Shown one piece after another: positions 1 through 8,547 of a DNA stretch of 31,727 nucleotides (the stretch's first letter is position 1; the number at the start of each line of letters is the position of its first letter). The DNA is from a virus (lineage: Duplodnaviria; Caudoviricetes), in IMG/VR virus record IMGVR_UViG_3300022407_001286, positions 1-31,727 of that record; one strand, written 5' to 3'. The notes beneath the pieces were generated by a model. It had not been told where the DNA came from. It did not search any database and saw only the letters and a program-made list of their open reading frames with translations. Both the position numbers and the translations under genes were made by a program.

Positions 1-4
1 GGAA

Positions 5-262
5 GTGATTACATTTGATTCTGTTACAGAAGATGATGCTAAATACTTACGTGGTGACTTGGTTAAGAAAATTAAGCAAGCGTTAAACTATCAAGGTAGT
101 AAGATGCAAGCAGTAATCGAAAATAAGACATCTACAGCACCAGCAGAGCCATCAAAAGCTCCGGCGAGTACACCAGTAGCTCCTAAAGCTAAAGCTGCTC
201 CAAAGGCTGCTGAAGCGGTTGTAGATAATGGTGTCGATTTTGATGACGACATTCCATTCTGA
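5..262 (+). CDS. C-terminal part of single-stranded DNA-binding (SSB-like) protein, 5'-truncated by window edge
   Basis: Frame open from the window start; Pro/Ala/Lys-rich linker ending in the acidic tail DFDDDIPF, the same as the enterobacterial SSB C-terminal tip. Confidence 0.65.
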   Translation: MITFDSVTEDDAKYLRGDLVKKIKQALNYQGSKMQAVIENKTSTAPAEPSKAPASTPVAPKAKAAPKAAEAVVDNGVDFDDDIPF

Positions 263-275
263 TCTAAGTTGTATT

Positions 276-303
276 AGGGCTGTGTAACAGCAGCCCTTGT
301 TTT
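276..303 (+). terminator. Probable intrinsic terminator
   Basis: AGGGCTG-N8-CAGCCCT stem followed by TGTTTT, just after the SSB-like stop. Confidence 0.6.
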
Positions 304-315
304 AAGGAGAAGGTT

Positions 316-606
316 GTGAACTTAAATTTATCAGAGCAAGTAATAAGCATCTTGAATAGTAAAGGTGTTGGAGATATTATATTGTCTCGAAGCTACATAA
401 ATTCTTTAACTGAAGTGGTTGCTCATACAGAAGGAGATTTCTTGGATGTGTTTAGAAACCTAAATAATATTAAAGGTTCTATTGTTCGTTTTTATCCTGT
501 ACAAACAGCTACTCACGTTAGAACCATAGCACTACCTGCTTATCACTACGAACATGAAGATAGTTATTATATGTCTAATTTTAAAATTGAAACAATAGGA
601 GAATAA
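316..606 (+). CDS. Hypothetical protein (96 aa)
   Basis: AAGGAG RBS upstream of GTG start; fits the operon. Confidence 0.7.
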   Translation: MNLNLSEQVISILNSKGVGDIILSRSYINSLTEVVAHTEGDFLDVFRNLNNIKGSIVRFYPVQTATHVRTIALPAYHYEHEDSYYMSNFKIETIGE

Positions 607-607
607 C

Positions 608-775
608 ATGGAACCTAAAGTAGAAATCAGTGAGTCAGTGTACCGAGAACTGTTAGAACGTGATGAATGGTTATCTGCATTAGAAGCTGCTGGTGTAGAT
701 AATTGGGACGGTTATGAGATTGCAATGGAAATTCAGCAAGAGTGGAATAACGAACATACTGAGGAGAATGAATAA
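608..775 (+). CDS. Small acidic protein (55 aa), not in ORF track; resembles the LEAxGVDNWDGY family of small phage proteins (T3-type gp5.9-like)
   Basis: AGGAG RBS, ATG at 608, MEPKVEISESVYRELLERDEWLSALEAAGVDNWDGYEIAMEIQQEWNNEHTEENE*, stop overlaps the next ATG (TAATG). Confidence 0.8.
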   Translation: MEPKVEISESVYRELLERDEWLSALEAAGVDNWDGYEIAMEIQQEWNNEHTEENE

Positions 776-1035
776 TGGCATTACCGAGTGATTTAAAAGT
801 ACGTGATATTGTACGTAAACGAGTTATCGAAGCTGCTCAATTTTTACGTGAGATGGATGTGTTGAAGGAGGATATTAAAGAATTATCTTCTGCAACAAAG
901 GAAGAATATGAGATTTCTCCTAAAGAGTTTAATGGTTGGGTAAAGGCTGAGTATAACGCTCAGAAGATTCAGGATCAGATTGAAACTCTGCAAACAGCCC
1001 TTGCTGAGCATGAAATCTTAACAACTAAAAATTAA
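775..1035 (+). CDS. dsDNA-binding protein, T4 DsbA / GapR-like
   Basis: 86 aa helical; IEAAQFLREMDVLKEDIKELSSATKEEYEISPKEFN follows the DsbA pattern (I.EA......I...IK.....K.E......FN). Confidence 0.6.
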   Translation: MALPSDLKVRDIVRKRVIEAAQFLREMDVLKEDIKELSSATKEEYEISPKEFNGWVKAEYNAQKIQDQIETLQTALAEHEILTTKN

Positions 1036-1040
1036 TTATA

Positions 1041-1079
1041 GAGGCTGCTATCCGAAAGGGTAGTGGCCTTTTGTTTTTG
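1041..1079 (+). terminator. Intrinsic terminator
   Basis: AGGCTGCTATCC-GAAA-GGGTAGTGGCCT stem with GNRA loop and G:U pairs, then TTTGTTTTT. Confidence 0.8.
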
Positions 1080-1094
1080 TAGAGGAGAGGAATT

Positions 1095-1424
1095 ATGGGT
1101 ATTGATATTGGTAATAAATTGATGTTAGTTCCAACTGACCAAGAATTATTACATTCAGCAATTGAGTTAATAGCTGATGAAGAATTTGATGGTGATTTTT
1201 ATTCAGCTTTGGATAATTCAGGTTTAGATTACGCAAGTCCTTGGTACGATGCTGATAGAGATTCTTGGGACATTGGTATCTCAATGCCAACACCAACATA
1301 CGAAGATTTGATTGACCACGAATCTAGTTGGTTTGAAGCCTTACACGAAGCACAAGATAAATTGAATAGTATTCTTGGTGAAGGTGTAGGTACAAAGTTA
1401 GATAGTTTTCAGCATGTTTATTGA
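1095..1424 (+). CDS. Hypothetical acidic phage protein (109 aa)
   Basis: GAGGAGAGGA RBS; contains LDYASPWYDA motif. Confidence 0.8.
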   Translation: MGIDIGNKLMLVPTDQELLHSAIELIADEEFDGDFYSALDNSGLDYASPWYDADRDSWDIGISMPTPTYEDLIDHESSWFEALHEAQDKLNSILGEGVGTKLDSFQHVY

Positions 1425-1433
1425 GGGGGTGCA

Positions 1434-1652
1434 ATGATGGTATTTAATTTCATTGAGATAAGCTGCGAATACAGATTCAGCAATCAAGCAGGTGGTTATT
1501 CAGAAGTGGTATTTGTAGAAGACACCTTATCTGATTTAGAAATTGAAGCTTTGGTGTATAATCATTTACTAGACCGTACAGGATACACAGAAATAAGTGA
1601 AGATGATTATCATTGGAATCTTATTACATTGACTGAATTTGTTAAGGAGTGA
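1434..1652 (+). CDS. Hypothetical protein (72 aa)
   Basis: GAGGGGG RBS, ATG start, same-strand gene packing. Confidence 0.7.
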   Translation: MMVFNFIEISCEYRFSNQAGGYSEVVFVEDTLSDLEIEALVYNHLLDRTGYTEISEDDYHWNLITLTEFVKE

Positions 1653-1654
1653 AT

Positions 1655-1831
1655 ATGAGTAAAGAAGAATTGGACTTATTGCATTACAAGAATAAAGCAC
1701 ATCAACTTGAACAGCTACTGGAAATTGAACGTGTAAAGAACTTCGAGTTACGCAGGTTCTTAGTGGAATTACGCTTCCTAGCTAAACCTGTGTTGACTAA
1801 ATTAGAGAAGGTCAAAGGGGTGAAAGAATGA
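1655..1831 (+). CDS. Hypothetical coiled-coil protein (58 aa)
   Basis: AAGGAG RBS 5 nt before ATG 1655 (preferred to GTG 1649); ATGA overlap with next gene. Confidence 0.7.
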   Translation: MSKEELDLLHYKNKAHQLEQLLEIERVKNFELRRFLVELRFLAKPVLTKLEKVKGVKE

Positions 1832-2121
1832 GCAGTATGGAAAGGAATAAAGGTAAATTGATTCCTACAAATATTGATTTAGAAAACTATTCAGATGATG
1901 ATATTTATAACCTGTATGATAATGGAATGATCATCATTGACGGTGAAGTGTATGAGGTTCAGTATAAAGTTAAAGCTGAAACTGACAGTGTTGATTTTGC
2001 TGATGTAGTTGTTAATCCAGACGGTACTATTGACTTCCACACATATCATTATAATGGTGGTGCTGATTTGTCAGAAGTGATTGAGTCTGCTCTTTGGACA
2101 AATGTAGTAGAGGATAAATAG
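1828..2121 (+). CDS. Hypothetical phage protein (97 aa)
   Basis: ATGA coupling; C-terminal N.DGTI.F...YNGGA.L.E motif typical of small phage proteins. Confidence 0.8.
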   Translation: MSSMERNKGKLIPTNIDLENYSDDDIYNLYDNGMIIIDGEVYEVQYKVKAETDSVDFADVVVNPDGTIDFHTYHYNGGADLSEVIESALWTNVVEDK

Positions 2122-2122
2122 A

Positions 2123-3220
2123 ATGAGCTTTAAACCTAGAAATGTGATTGTAGAAGATAAAGAACTAGAAGCTCCAGAAGATTGGAGTAATAGTGACACA
2201 ATCTTAGTTATTGATGGTGACGAATTGTGTTTTGTCATGAGTGCGGCTTGTGAACAAACATCATTGATTTATACAAACACTACAAATAACTTCTCACATG
2301 CATTTAAGAATAAAACAGAGTTCGCTAAGTTTACAGCAGGATTGTCTATCCCAGAAGATTTCTTTACTGCGGAATCTAAGAAAGTAGCAGAACCTGTGGC
2401 TATTGCATTATCTCAAATCAAGCGTAGATTGTATAAACTACAAGCTAAGTTTAAAACTAACAAAGTAGAGATTTATTTGTCCGGTGAAGGTAATTATCGT
2501 GATGACCTACCACTACCTAAACACAACGATCCTGAGAAATCTGGTCGATACAAAGGTAATCGTGATCCATCCGCTAAACCATTATTGTATACCGAAGCTA
2601 AACAATATTTAATAAAGTATTGGAATGCTATTGTAATCAATGGGATGGAAGCAGATGACGCTCTTTGTAGTCGTGTATGGACAGGTTATAAAACTGGTCA
2701 GAAGATTATTGGTTTGACTCAAGATAAAGATTCAGATGGTAATTTAGGTTGGTGGTATGACTACACTAATGATGAAGAACTCAAAGGTGAACCAGTGTAC
2801 AATGACGGTTTAGGTAAAGTATGGTTAGATGAAGTATCTAACAAGAATCCTAAATATGTTGGTCAGGGACGCAAGTGGTTATACTGGCAATGGATTGTTG
2901 GTGATTCTAGCGATAACTACGATCCTCGTGATGTAGCTAAACAACTTGGTATTAAGTTAAAGCGTTTTGGTGAGTCAACAGCATTTAAGTTATTGAATGA
3001 ATTAGAGACAGATACTGATTGCATTAAAGCTGTGCATGACTTATACTTGTCTTGGTACGGTAATAAGAAATTTACTTACGTTACTTGGGACGATAAAGAA
3101 TGTGAAGTTGATTACATTGACATCATGCAATTGTATTGGGATTGTGCTAAGATGATTCGATTTGAAGGTGATTACACTGACATTCGTTCTATGTTAAAGA
3201 AGTTAAGGATTGTTGAATGA
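2123..3220 (+). CDS. 5'-3' exonuclease / flap endonuclease (T7 gp6 / PIN-FEN family)
   Basis: Motifs LVIDGD, NYR...YKGNR, MEADD, DKD, GDSSDNY. Confidence 0.9.
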   Translation: MSFKPRNVIVEDKELEAPEDWSNSDTILVIDGDELCFVMSAACEQTSLIYTNTTNNFSHAFKNKTEFAKFTAGLSIPEDFFTAESKKVAEPVAIALSQIKRRLYKLQAKFKTNKVEIYLSGEGNYRDDLPLPKHNDPEKSGRYKGNRDPSAKPLLYTEAKQYLIKYWNAIVINGMEADDALCSRVWTGYKTGQKIIGLTQDKDSDGNLGWWYDYTNDEELKGEPVYNDGLGKVWLDEVSNKNPKYVGQGRKWLYWQWIVGDSSDNYDPRDVAKQLGIKLKRFGESTAFKLLNELETDTDCIKAVHDLYLSWYGNKKFTYVTWDDKECEVDYIDIMQLYWDCAKMIRFEGDYTDIRSMLKKLRIVE

Positions 3221-3807
3221 CAGTACCCTCTAAGCAAGACATAGAGAAGCGTAAGAAGGCTTTAGAGAAGTTTAAATCTGGATTGGATAGTGACGGCAGG
3301 GCTAGTGAGAAAAGCCTCTGTACGGCTATCCGAAGCGCTGTTAGACAAACATGGATGAAGCATCCAACCAAACTTGCTTATCTGTATGAACACACTTATC
3401 CAGACATGAATCCTGCAACAAGAACAAAGTGGTTGTGTGATTGTGAAATGTGTGGTAAAGCATTCAAGTTAGCTGACATTGAAGTGAACCATAAAAGTGG
3501 AGAGAACAGTTTATTATCTTTCAATGATATGGTTCCTTTTACTAAATCTATACTAGGTGTATCTTTTGATGATATTGAAGTATTGTGTAAAGATTGCCAC
3601 TCTTGTCTAACGTATAGTCAGAGGTATGGTGTAACACTAGAAGAAGCCAAGGAGAGGAAGATTGTCATACAAAAGCTCAAGCAAACGGTTGCAAAGCAGA
3701 AGAAAGAATTACTGGCACATGGTTACAAACAATCAGAAATCAGTAACGAAGACCTCAGACAGCGATGCTACGAACAACTCTTAAAGGAGAACAAAATTGA
3801 AAATTAA
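3217..3807 (+). CDS. HNH (beta-beta-alpha-Me) endonuclease with Zn-binding cysteines
   Basis: CEMC...IEVNH...VLCKDCH pattern; ATGA-coupled to exonuclease. Confidence 0.75.
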   Translation: MTVPSKQDIEKRKKALEKFKSGLDSDGRASEKSLCTAIRSAVRQTWMKHPTKLAYLYEHTYPDMNPATRTKWLCDCEMCGKAFKLADIEVNHKSGENSLLSFNDMVPFTKSILGVSFDDIEVLCKDCHSCLTYSQRYGVTLEEAKERKIVIQKLKQTVAKQKKELLAHGYKQSEISNEDLRQRCYEQLLKENKIEN

Positions 3808-4132
3808 CAATGAATTATTAGAATTATCAGAACAAGACTTTGTTGAATTAATGGAGACAGGTTTATTATACAAATTATACCCAGATTTAAAAGGTGGCTT
3901 GTTCAATGTTGGTCAGTTCATGGAAGCGAAAGGGCAGTATTTAAAATCATTAGAAGCTAAACAATTAGCTACCAATTTGTTCTATGAATTAGCGTCTATG
4001 ACAGGTGCTGACCCTGCGGAATTATGGGAAGTGTTAGAAGAAAACTTAGATGAATTAAATTTTGTTATTAATAATTCAGATATGTTTGATGTTGGGTATG
4101 TTATGCAAAGCATCCGTGAGGGGTTAGAATGA
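3797..4132 (+). CDS. Hypothetical protein (111 aa)
   Basis: AAGGAG RBS, TTG start, overlaps both neighbours. Confidence 0.7.
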   Translation: MKINNELLELSEQDFVELMETGLLYKLYPDLKGGLFNVGQFMEAKGQYLKSLEAKQLATNLFYELASMTGADPAELWEVLEENLDELNFVINNSDMFDVGYVMQSIREGLE

Positions 4133-4326
4133 GCGTATGTTCAATCGTAAGAGATCTAAGTGATATTGAACGTGCTGTAGAAGCATTGATTCAACAGGCT
4201 GTCCATATTGCAGTACAAGAGATTACTGATGAGTATGAATCTAAGATTAGTGATTTAGAGGATGAGAAGGATGAATTACGTCAAGTGATTCGTGTATTAC
4301 AATCTGAATTAGATAGTATTGAATAA
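4129..4326 (+). CDS. Hypothetical coiled-coil protein (65 aa)
   Basis: ATGA coupling; heptad-like acidic C-terminus. Confidence 0.7.
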   Translation: MSVCSIVRDLSDIERAVEALIQQAVHIAVQEITDEYESKISDLEDEKDELRQVIRVLQSELDSIE

Positions 4327-4344
4327 TTAATTGAGGAGAATTGA

Positions 4345-5577
4345 ATGTTAGATTGGCAGAGTAAGGCTTTAGAGTTACGTGGTACTATGGGTAGTCGTGC
4401 AATCGGGAAGTTGTTGGGTAAAGGTAAGTCAACTATTAATTCATTCTTTGCTAAACATGATTCAATGTTAGATGTTGATGACTTACCAGAGGATGAAGTA
4501 GAAGACTTGGTTGTAGTCGAAAGTGATGAATATGATACTGACTTAGATATTCTGGCTGCTAATCCAGAGTTTAGTGTGAGTAATTTAGCTAAGCGGTTAC
4601 GTGCTGCACAGAAAGCTAATACACAATTACGTAAGATCCAACGTGAAGTGTTTGACACAACACCTGACCACAATAGCTTTCTTGATAAACTTGAACAGAA
4701 GATTAATGGTCTGAGTTATTCTGTAGTTAAATCGCCTGTGATTGCTCCGACGAATGGAACCAAAGCTACACTAGAGATTTTGTTCAGCGATATGCAGATT
4801 GGTAAGTTATGTGCAGACTACAATACATCCGTTGCCAAGGAACGTGTTAAGAAATTTCGTAAAGGTATTGAGGGTGTATTGTCTAAACCAGAGTATACCT
4901 TTGAACGTATAATCTTAGCTTCAATTGGTGACATTGTAGAAGACCACATGAAACATGGTGTAGGTAGTGCATCTGCTTGTGATACTGGATTAGCTGAACA
5001 GATGGCGAATGCTATTGAGGTTATTTGGACAGAACTAGTAGCCCCGTTAGGTCATACAGGTATTCAAGTAGATGTTATGTGTGTAGCGGGTAATCATGGA
5101 AGTTCGCAACACAAAGGAATGGATGTTTACAAAGCAGGGTTATTCTCTTATGACTACGCAATTTATAAATCATTAGAGTTGTTAGCTAAAGCTTCTGGGT
5201 TAACTAATGTAAACTTCATTATCCCTGAAGGTGTATTTGGTTACTTAAACATCTACGGTAATTATGCAATCTATGAGCATGGTTATTTCAATGCTGTATC
5301 AGAGAAAGGTATGTATGACCAGATGAAAAAACGTGGTAATCAGATTAAAAAGCATGTAGAATACTATCGTCAAGGAGACAAGCATAACGTACAGATGTTT
5401 GATTGCGGTAAGATTGTATTGAATGGTGCATTCTTTGGTAATGACGGTAATGCAACAGAGTACGCTGGTGTGTTAGGCTTCTCTGCTGTACCAGCACAAG
5501 TAGTTATGGTACACTGCCTAGAGGAACGATTAGGTCGGAATACAGTTAAAGAGTTTCATTGTATTCAATTAGCTTAA
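4345..5577 (+). CDS. Calcineurin-like metallophosphoesterase with N-terminal HTH-like segment and coiled coil
   Basis: SDMQIG, GDIVE, GNHG, EHG, GDKH motif series; N-terminal GSRAIGKLLGKGKSTIN helix-turn-helix-like. Confidence 0.8.
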   Translation: MLDWQSKALELRGTMGSRAIGKLLGKGKSTINSFFAKHDSMLDVDDLPEDEVEDLVVVESDEYDTDLDILAANPEFSVSNLAKRLRAAQKANTQLRKIQREVFDTTPDHNSFLDKLEQKINGLSYSVVKSPVIAPTNGTKATLEILFSDMQIGKLCADYNTSVAKERVKKFRKGIEGVLSKPEYTFERIILASIGDIVEDHMKHGVGSASACDTGLAEQMANAIEVIWTELVAPLGHTGIQVDVMCVAGNHGSSQHKGMDVYKAGLFSYDYAIYKSLELLAKASGLTNVNFIIPEGVFGYLNIYGNYAIYEHGYFNAVSEKGMYDQMKKRGNQIKKHVEYYRQGDKHNVQMFDCGKIVLNGAFFGNDGNATEYAGVLGFSAVPAQVVMVHCLEERLGRNTVKEFHCIQLA

Positions 5578-5585
5578 AATAACCA

Positions 5586-5614
5586 TTGACATCTTATCAC
5601 TACTCTTGTAAAAT
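5586..5614 (+). promoter_or_regulatory. sigma70-type promoter
   Basis: TTGACA-17 bp-TAAAAT with A-rich upstream tract, in intergenic gap. Confidence 0.8.
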
Positions 5615-5661
5615 AGCTGCCCATGAGGTGATGAGATGTCTTTAATTGAGGAGAGAGAGAA

Positions 5662-6213
5662 ATGATTTTAAAGTTTCCATTTAAGTTTACGTTTAAGTTT
5701 ACGTTTAAATATAGTACGAGGGTGGTGTATACAGCATTGCTTGGCGAATATGGTGGTGTCATTGTTTATTGGGCTGAAGAAGATGGTACTATTGAGAAAA
5801 CAGATTATTCATTACGTGAAGTTGAGGTTAAGATTCGTGATGGTATTTGGTCAATCATCGAAGAACCTAGAATAGACCACTTAGTAGAGATTCGTCAGTC
5901 AGAATATGATGCACTAATTGAAGAAATTAACTTACTGCAAGAGTTGTTAGCAGAAGCTAATAAGTGTATTGCTGAGTTGGAAACTAATTCTAAGTTTAAG
6001 CCAGTTAAAGATATGACTTATAAAGATTGGGTCGCGGCGTTTAGAGAAGGTCAAGAGTTTAAGACTCGTGATGGGGTAACAGTTACCATACTTCAGATGG
6101 ACGATGAGGACAGTAATTGGCCTATACGTACTGAAGATGGTTGGTATAGATTGGATGGTAGGTTTGGTGTTAATACTGAACTATCAGAAGATATTATTGA
6201 ACGTATTAGTTAA
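5662..6213 (+). CDS. Hypothetical modular early protein (183 aa)
   Basis: First gene after promoter; GAGGAG RBS; N-terminal PFKFT module, central coiled coil, C-terminal KTRDG module. Confidence 0.8.
   Translation: MILKFPFKFTFKFTFKYSTRVVYTALLGEYGGVIVYWAEEDGTIEKTDYSLREVEVKIRDGIWSIIEEPRIDHLVEIRQSEYDALIEEINLLQELLAEANKCIAELETNSKFKPVKDMTYKDWVAAFREGQEFKTRDGVTVTILQMDDEDSNWPIRTEDGWYRLDGRFGVNTELSEDIIERIS
5668..5708 (+). repeat. In-frame 12-bp tandem repeat (TTTAAGTTTACG x2 plus degenerate flanking copies)
   Basis: Exact copies at 5680-5691 and 5692-5703; encodes FKFT-FKFT. Confidence 0.85.
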
Positions 6214-6223
6214 GGAGAGAAAG

Positions 6224-6643
6224 ATGCACGAATTACAACGTACATTAGAGTGGTTTCAGTTAGCAGTACCAACACCTACAGATAAAAATAAGTCTGTGCA
6301 GATTGGTTGTTGGGTAGAGGAATCATGTGAGGTATTGGAAGCACTTGGTGAGAGTTTGTATTTAGATTCGTTGACAGATATAGCCAATAAGTATAAATGT
6401 TCTGAGGGTAAGGTAAGCTTAACTGACGAACAACGTATCACCCTACTAGATGGCGTCTGTGATGTGATTGTCACGGCGGTAGGTGTAGCTCACATGTTTG
6501 ATATGGACATCATGGGTGCAATGTCAGAAGTCAATCGTAGTAACTTTAGTAAGTTTGTTGATGGTAAACCTGTGTTCAATGAGCAAGGTAAAATTGCTAA
6601 ACCAGCTACATATTCAGCGCCTAATTTGGAGAAATTTGTATGA
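6224..6643 (+). CDS. MazG-like all-alpha NTP pyrophosphohydrolase (139 aa)
   Basis: AAGGAG RBS before ATG 6224; EESCE, LLDGVCDVIVTAVG, EVNRSNFSK, GKIAKP motifs. Confidence 0.85.
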   Translation: MHELQRTLEWFQLAVPTPTDKNKSVQIGCWVEESCEVLEALGESLYLDSLTDIANKYKCSEGKVSLTDEQRITLLDGVCDVIVTAVGVAHMFDMDIMGAMSEVNRSNFSKFVDGKPVFNEQGKIAKPATYSAPNLEKFV

Positions 6644-6822
6644 TTGAACAAGTAGTAACAGAATATAAATTCCACTATGTACATTCTAATCACGCTGTGT
6701 TTAAAGGTGTTATTAAAGCTGTCTCAGAGAAGAACAGAGATGTCCAAATGCTTAGCTTATTATACAATCGTTTTAGACGCCACTTAACTTTAGATGGTGT
6801 TGTATTTGAGGAAGTGGTATGA
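6640..6822 (+). CDS. Hypothetical protein (60 aa)
   Basis: GGAG RBS; ATGA overlaps at both ends. Confidence 0.65.
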   Translation: MIEQVVTEYKFHYVHSNHAVFKGVIKAVSEKNRDVQMLSLLYNRFRRHLTLDGVVFEEVV

Positions 6823-7238
6823 AGAAAACATTATTAGTATTATCATTACTGAGTTTAGTTGCTTGCTCAGATAATAAAGCTGCTGACTTAACAGAGAAAC
6901 AGCAAGAGTTATATGCAGCACAACCTATTATAGCCCCTACAACCACTGTAGAAGCCACTGAAACATCCGAGGGTGATGAAGGGTACAGTGGAGGTGAGAT
7001 GATTGCAGCAGGGGTTGCTGGCGCTGCTGTAGGGGCATTAGCTGCGAATGCTTTGTCCAGTAATACCTCATCTCGTAAAGTAGAGAAGTGTGATTGGGAT
7101 GACCACCCTAATGAACCAGAATGTCGTGGTACACAAAAGTATTACAAATGGAAGCGAGAGCAAGACGCTAAGAAACGTGCAGAGTTAGCAAACAAGCGTA
7201 AAGTTGCTGCAATGAAGAAGAAACGTAAACCACAGTAA
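6819..7238 (+). CDS. Lipoprotein with glycine-zipper segment and basic tail
   Basis: MKK + hydrophobic stretch + lipobox LVAC; AAGVAGAAVGALAA; CDWDDHPNEPEC; K/R-rich C-terminus. Confidence 0.8.
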   Translation: MKKTLLVLSLLSLVACSDNKAADLTEKQQELYAAQPIIAPTTTVEATETSEGDEGYSGGEMIAAGVAGAAVGALAANALSSNTSSRKVEKCDWDDHPNEPECRGTQKYYKWKREQDAKKRAELANKRKVAAMKKKRKPQ

Positions 7239-7249
7239 GGAGTAGTAGT

Positions 7250-8179
7250 TTGATTGATTTAAATTTCCCATCTGCATTAATTGTAGCACACAGTAAAGCA
7301 CCTAATGGTGAAGAAGTATTGACGTATGAAGTAGAGCTACATCGTTTTATTCTACCTGAATTTAATACTCATCGTAGTTTGAGTAGAAATTTTCAATCAA
7401 GCAGGGCTGTGCCAATTGAGAAGATGATTGAGCAAGTAAGTAACAGTCCTGCTATTCCAGTGCATTGGGGTAAAAACCAAGCTGGTATGGTTGCAGATAA
7501 AGAATTAGATGCTTTAGTGTATTGGGAAGAAGCCAATGACGGCTATTGTTCAATATCTACACCGCACGATGCTTGGTTGGCAGCTAAAGACCAATCCGTG
7601 TATTTTGCAACTGCCTTTATGGAAGCAGGTTATCATAAGCAAGTAGTCAATCGTCTACTTGAACCATTTATGAAAACTAAAGGTGTAGTCACTGGGACAC
7701 GTAAAGCATTTGAAGCATTCTTCAAACTACGATGTCATCCAGATGCACAACCAGAGATTAAGTTGTTAGCTGAGCGTATGCAGGAAGCAATGTTACAGAG
7801 TACCCCTAATGAATTGAAGTATGGTGAATATCATTTACCTTATGTAAATCATTCTGACTTCCCACCATCGGAATTTGGTTTGAAGAAAGATTTGATTGCA
7901 GCTAAGGTGAAGGTATCATGTAGTTGTGCGGCTCAAGTATCATATCGTCGTTTAGATGACAGCTTAGAGAAAGCTTTGAAAGTGTATGATATGTTGAACT
8001 TACCCATTAATGGTGTTTATCCAGACGACCCACCACACTACTCTCCGACAGAGCATGTGGTTAAGATTCAGGATGTAGATAAAGAATTAAGTGGTAACTT
8101 CCACAGTAACACATTCTTCCAATATCGTAAGGCTTTGGAATTTGGTATTGAAGATAAATTCTTGGAGAACACAAAATGA
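7250..8179 (+). CDS. thyX: Flavin-dependent thymidylate synthase
   Basis: RFILPEFNTHRSLSRNFQSSRA (xHR-x7-S), HKQVVNRLLEPF, LRCHPDAQPEI. Confidence 0.9.
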   Translation: MIDLNFPSALIVAHSKAPNGEEVLTYEVELHRFILPEFNTHRSLSRNFQSSRAVPIEKMIEQVSNSPAIPVHWGKNQAGMVADKELDALVYWEEANDGYCSISTPHDAWLAAKDQSVYFATAFMEAGYHKQVVNRLLEPFMKTKGVVTGTRKAFEAFFKLRCHPDAQPEIKLLAERMQEAMLQSTPNELKYGEYHLPYVNHSDFPPSEFGLKKDLIAAKVKVSCSCAAQVSYRRLDDSLEKALKVYDMLNLPINGVYPDDPPHYSPTEHVVKIQDVDKELSGNFHSNTFFQYRKALEFGIEDKFLENTK

Positions 8180-8544
8180 AATTAGATAATTTACCAACTA
8201 TTGATAAAAAGTTCTATGACCCCGATTACGTAGTATCAATGTCAGACATTGCACAAACTACTTTCTGCAAAGAGGGTTACTGTGATACAATGGACGATAA
8301 AGTATTGAAAGCGGTGCTTTACTTATTTGGTGTCGATGTAAATCGTGGATACTCTGAATCTAGTTTAGGGGAAGCTTCTTTTAGAAGTCCTCTCACTAAT
8401 CAAGTACAAACTGGCGGTAATATCTTTACAGGGTATGAGCGACAAGATCCGGCTTGGAAGAAGTCTGGATATAAGATTACCAGAAGCTATTTGTTCGGGG
8501 ATAAATTGAATGAAGTTATTAAATTATTAGAGAGCAAGGAGTAA
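8176..8544 (+). CDS. Hypothetical protein (122 aa)
   Basis: GGAG RBS, ATGA coupling to thyX. Confidence 0.75.
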   Translation: MKLDNLPTIDKKFYDPDYVVSMSDIAQTTFCKEGYCDTMDDKVLKAVLYLFGVDVNRGYSESSLGEASFRSPLTNQVQTGGNIFTGYERQDPAWKKSGYKITRSYLFGDKLNEVIKLLESKE

Positions 8545-8547
8545 TTA

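Noticed and set aside
3217-3807. HNH gene as a mobile homing endonuclease or intron ORF
   Set aside because: Tightly coupled to both neighbours, which look intact; more likely a resident replication/recombination nuclease
6104-6223. N-terminal extension of MazG-like ORF from the track
   Set aside because: Overlaps the upstream gene by over 100 nt; AAGGAG RBS supports ATG 6224
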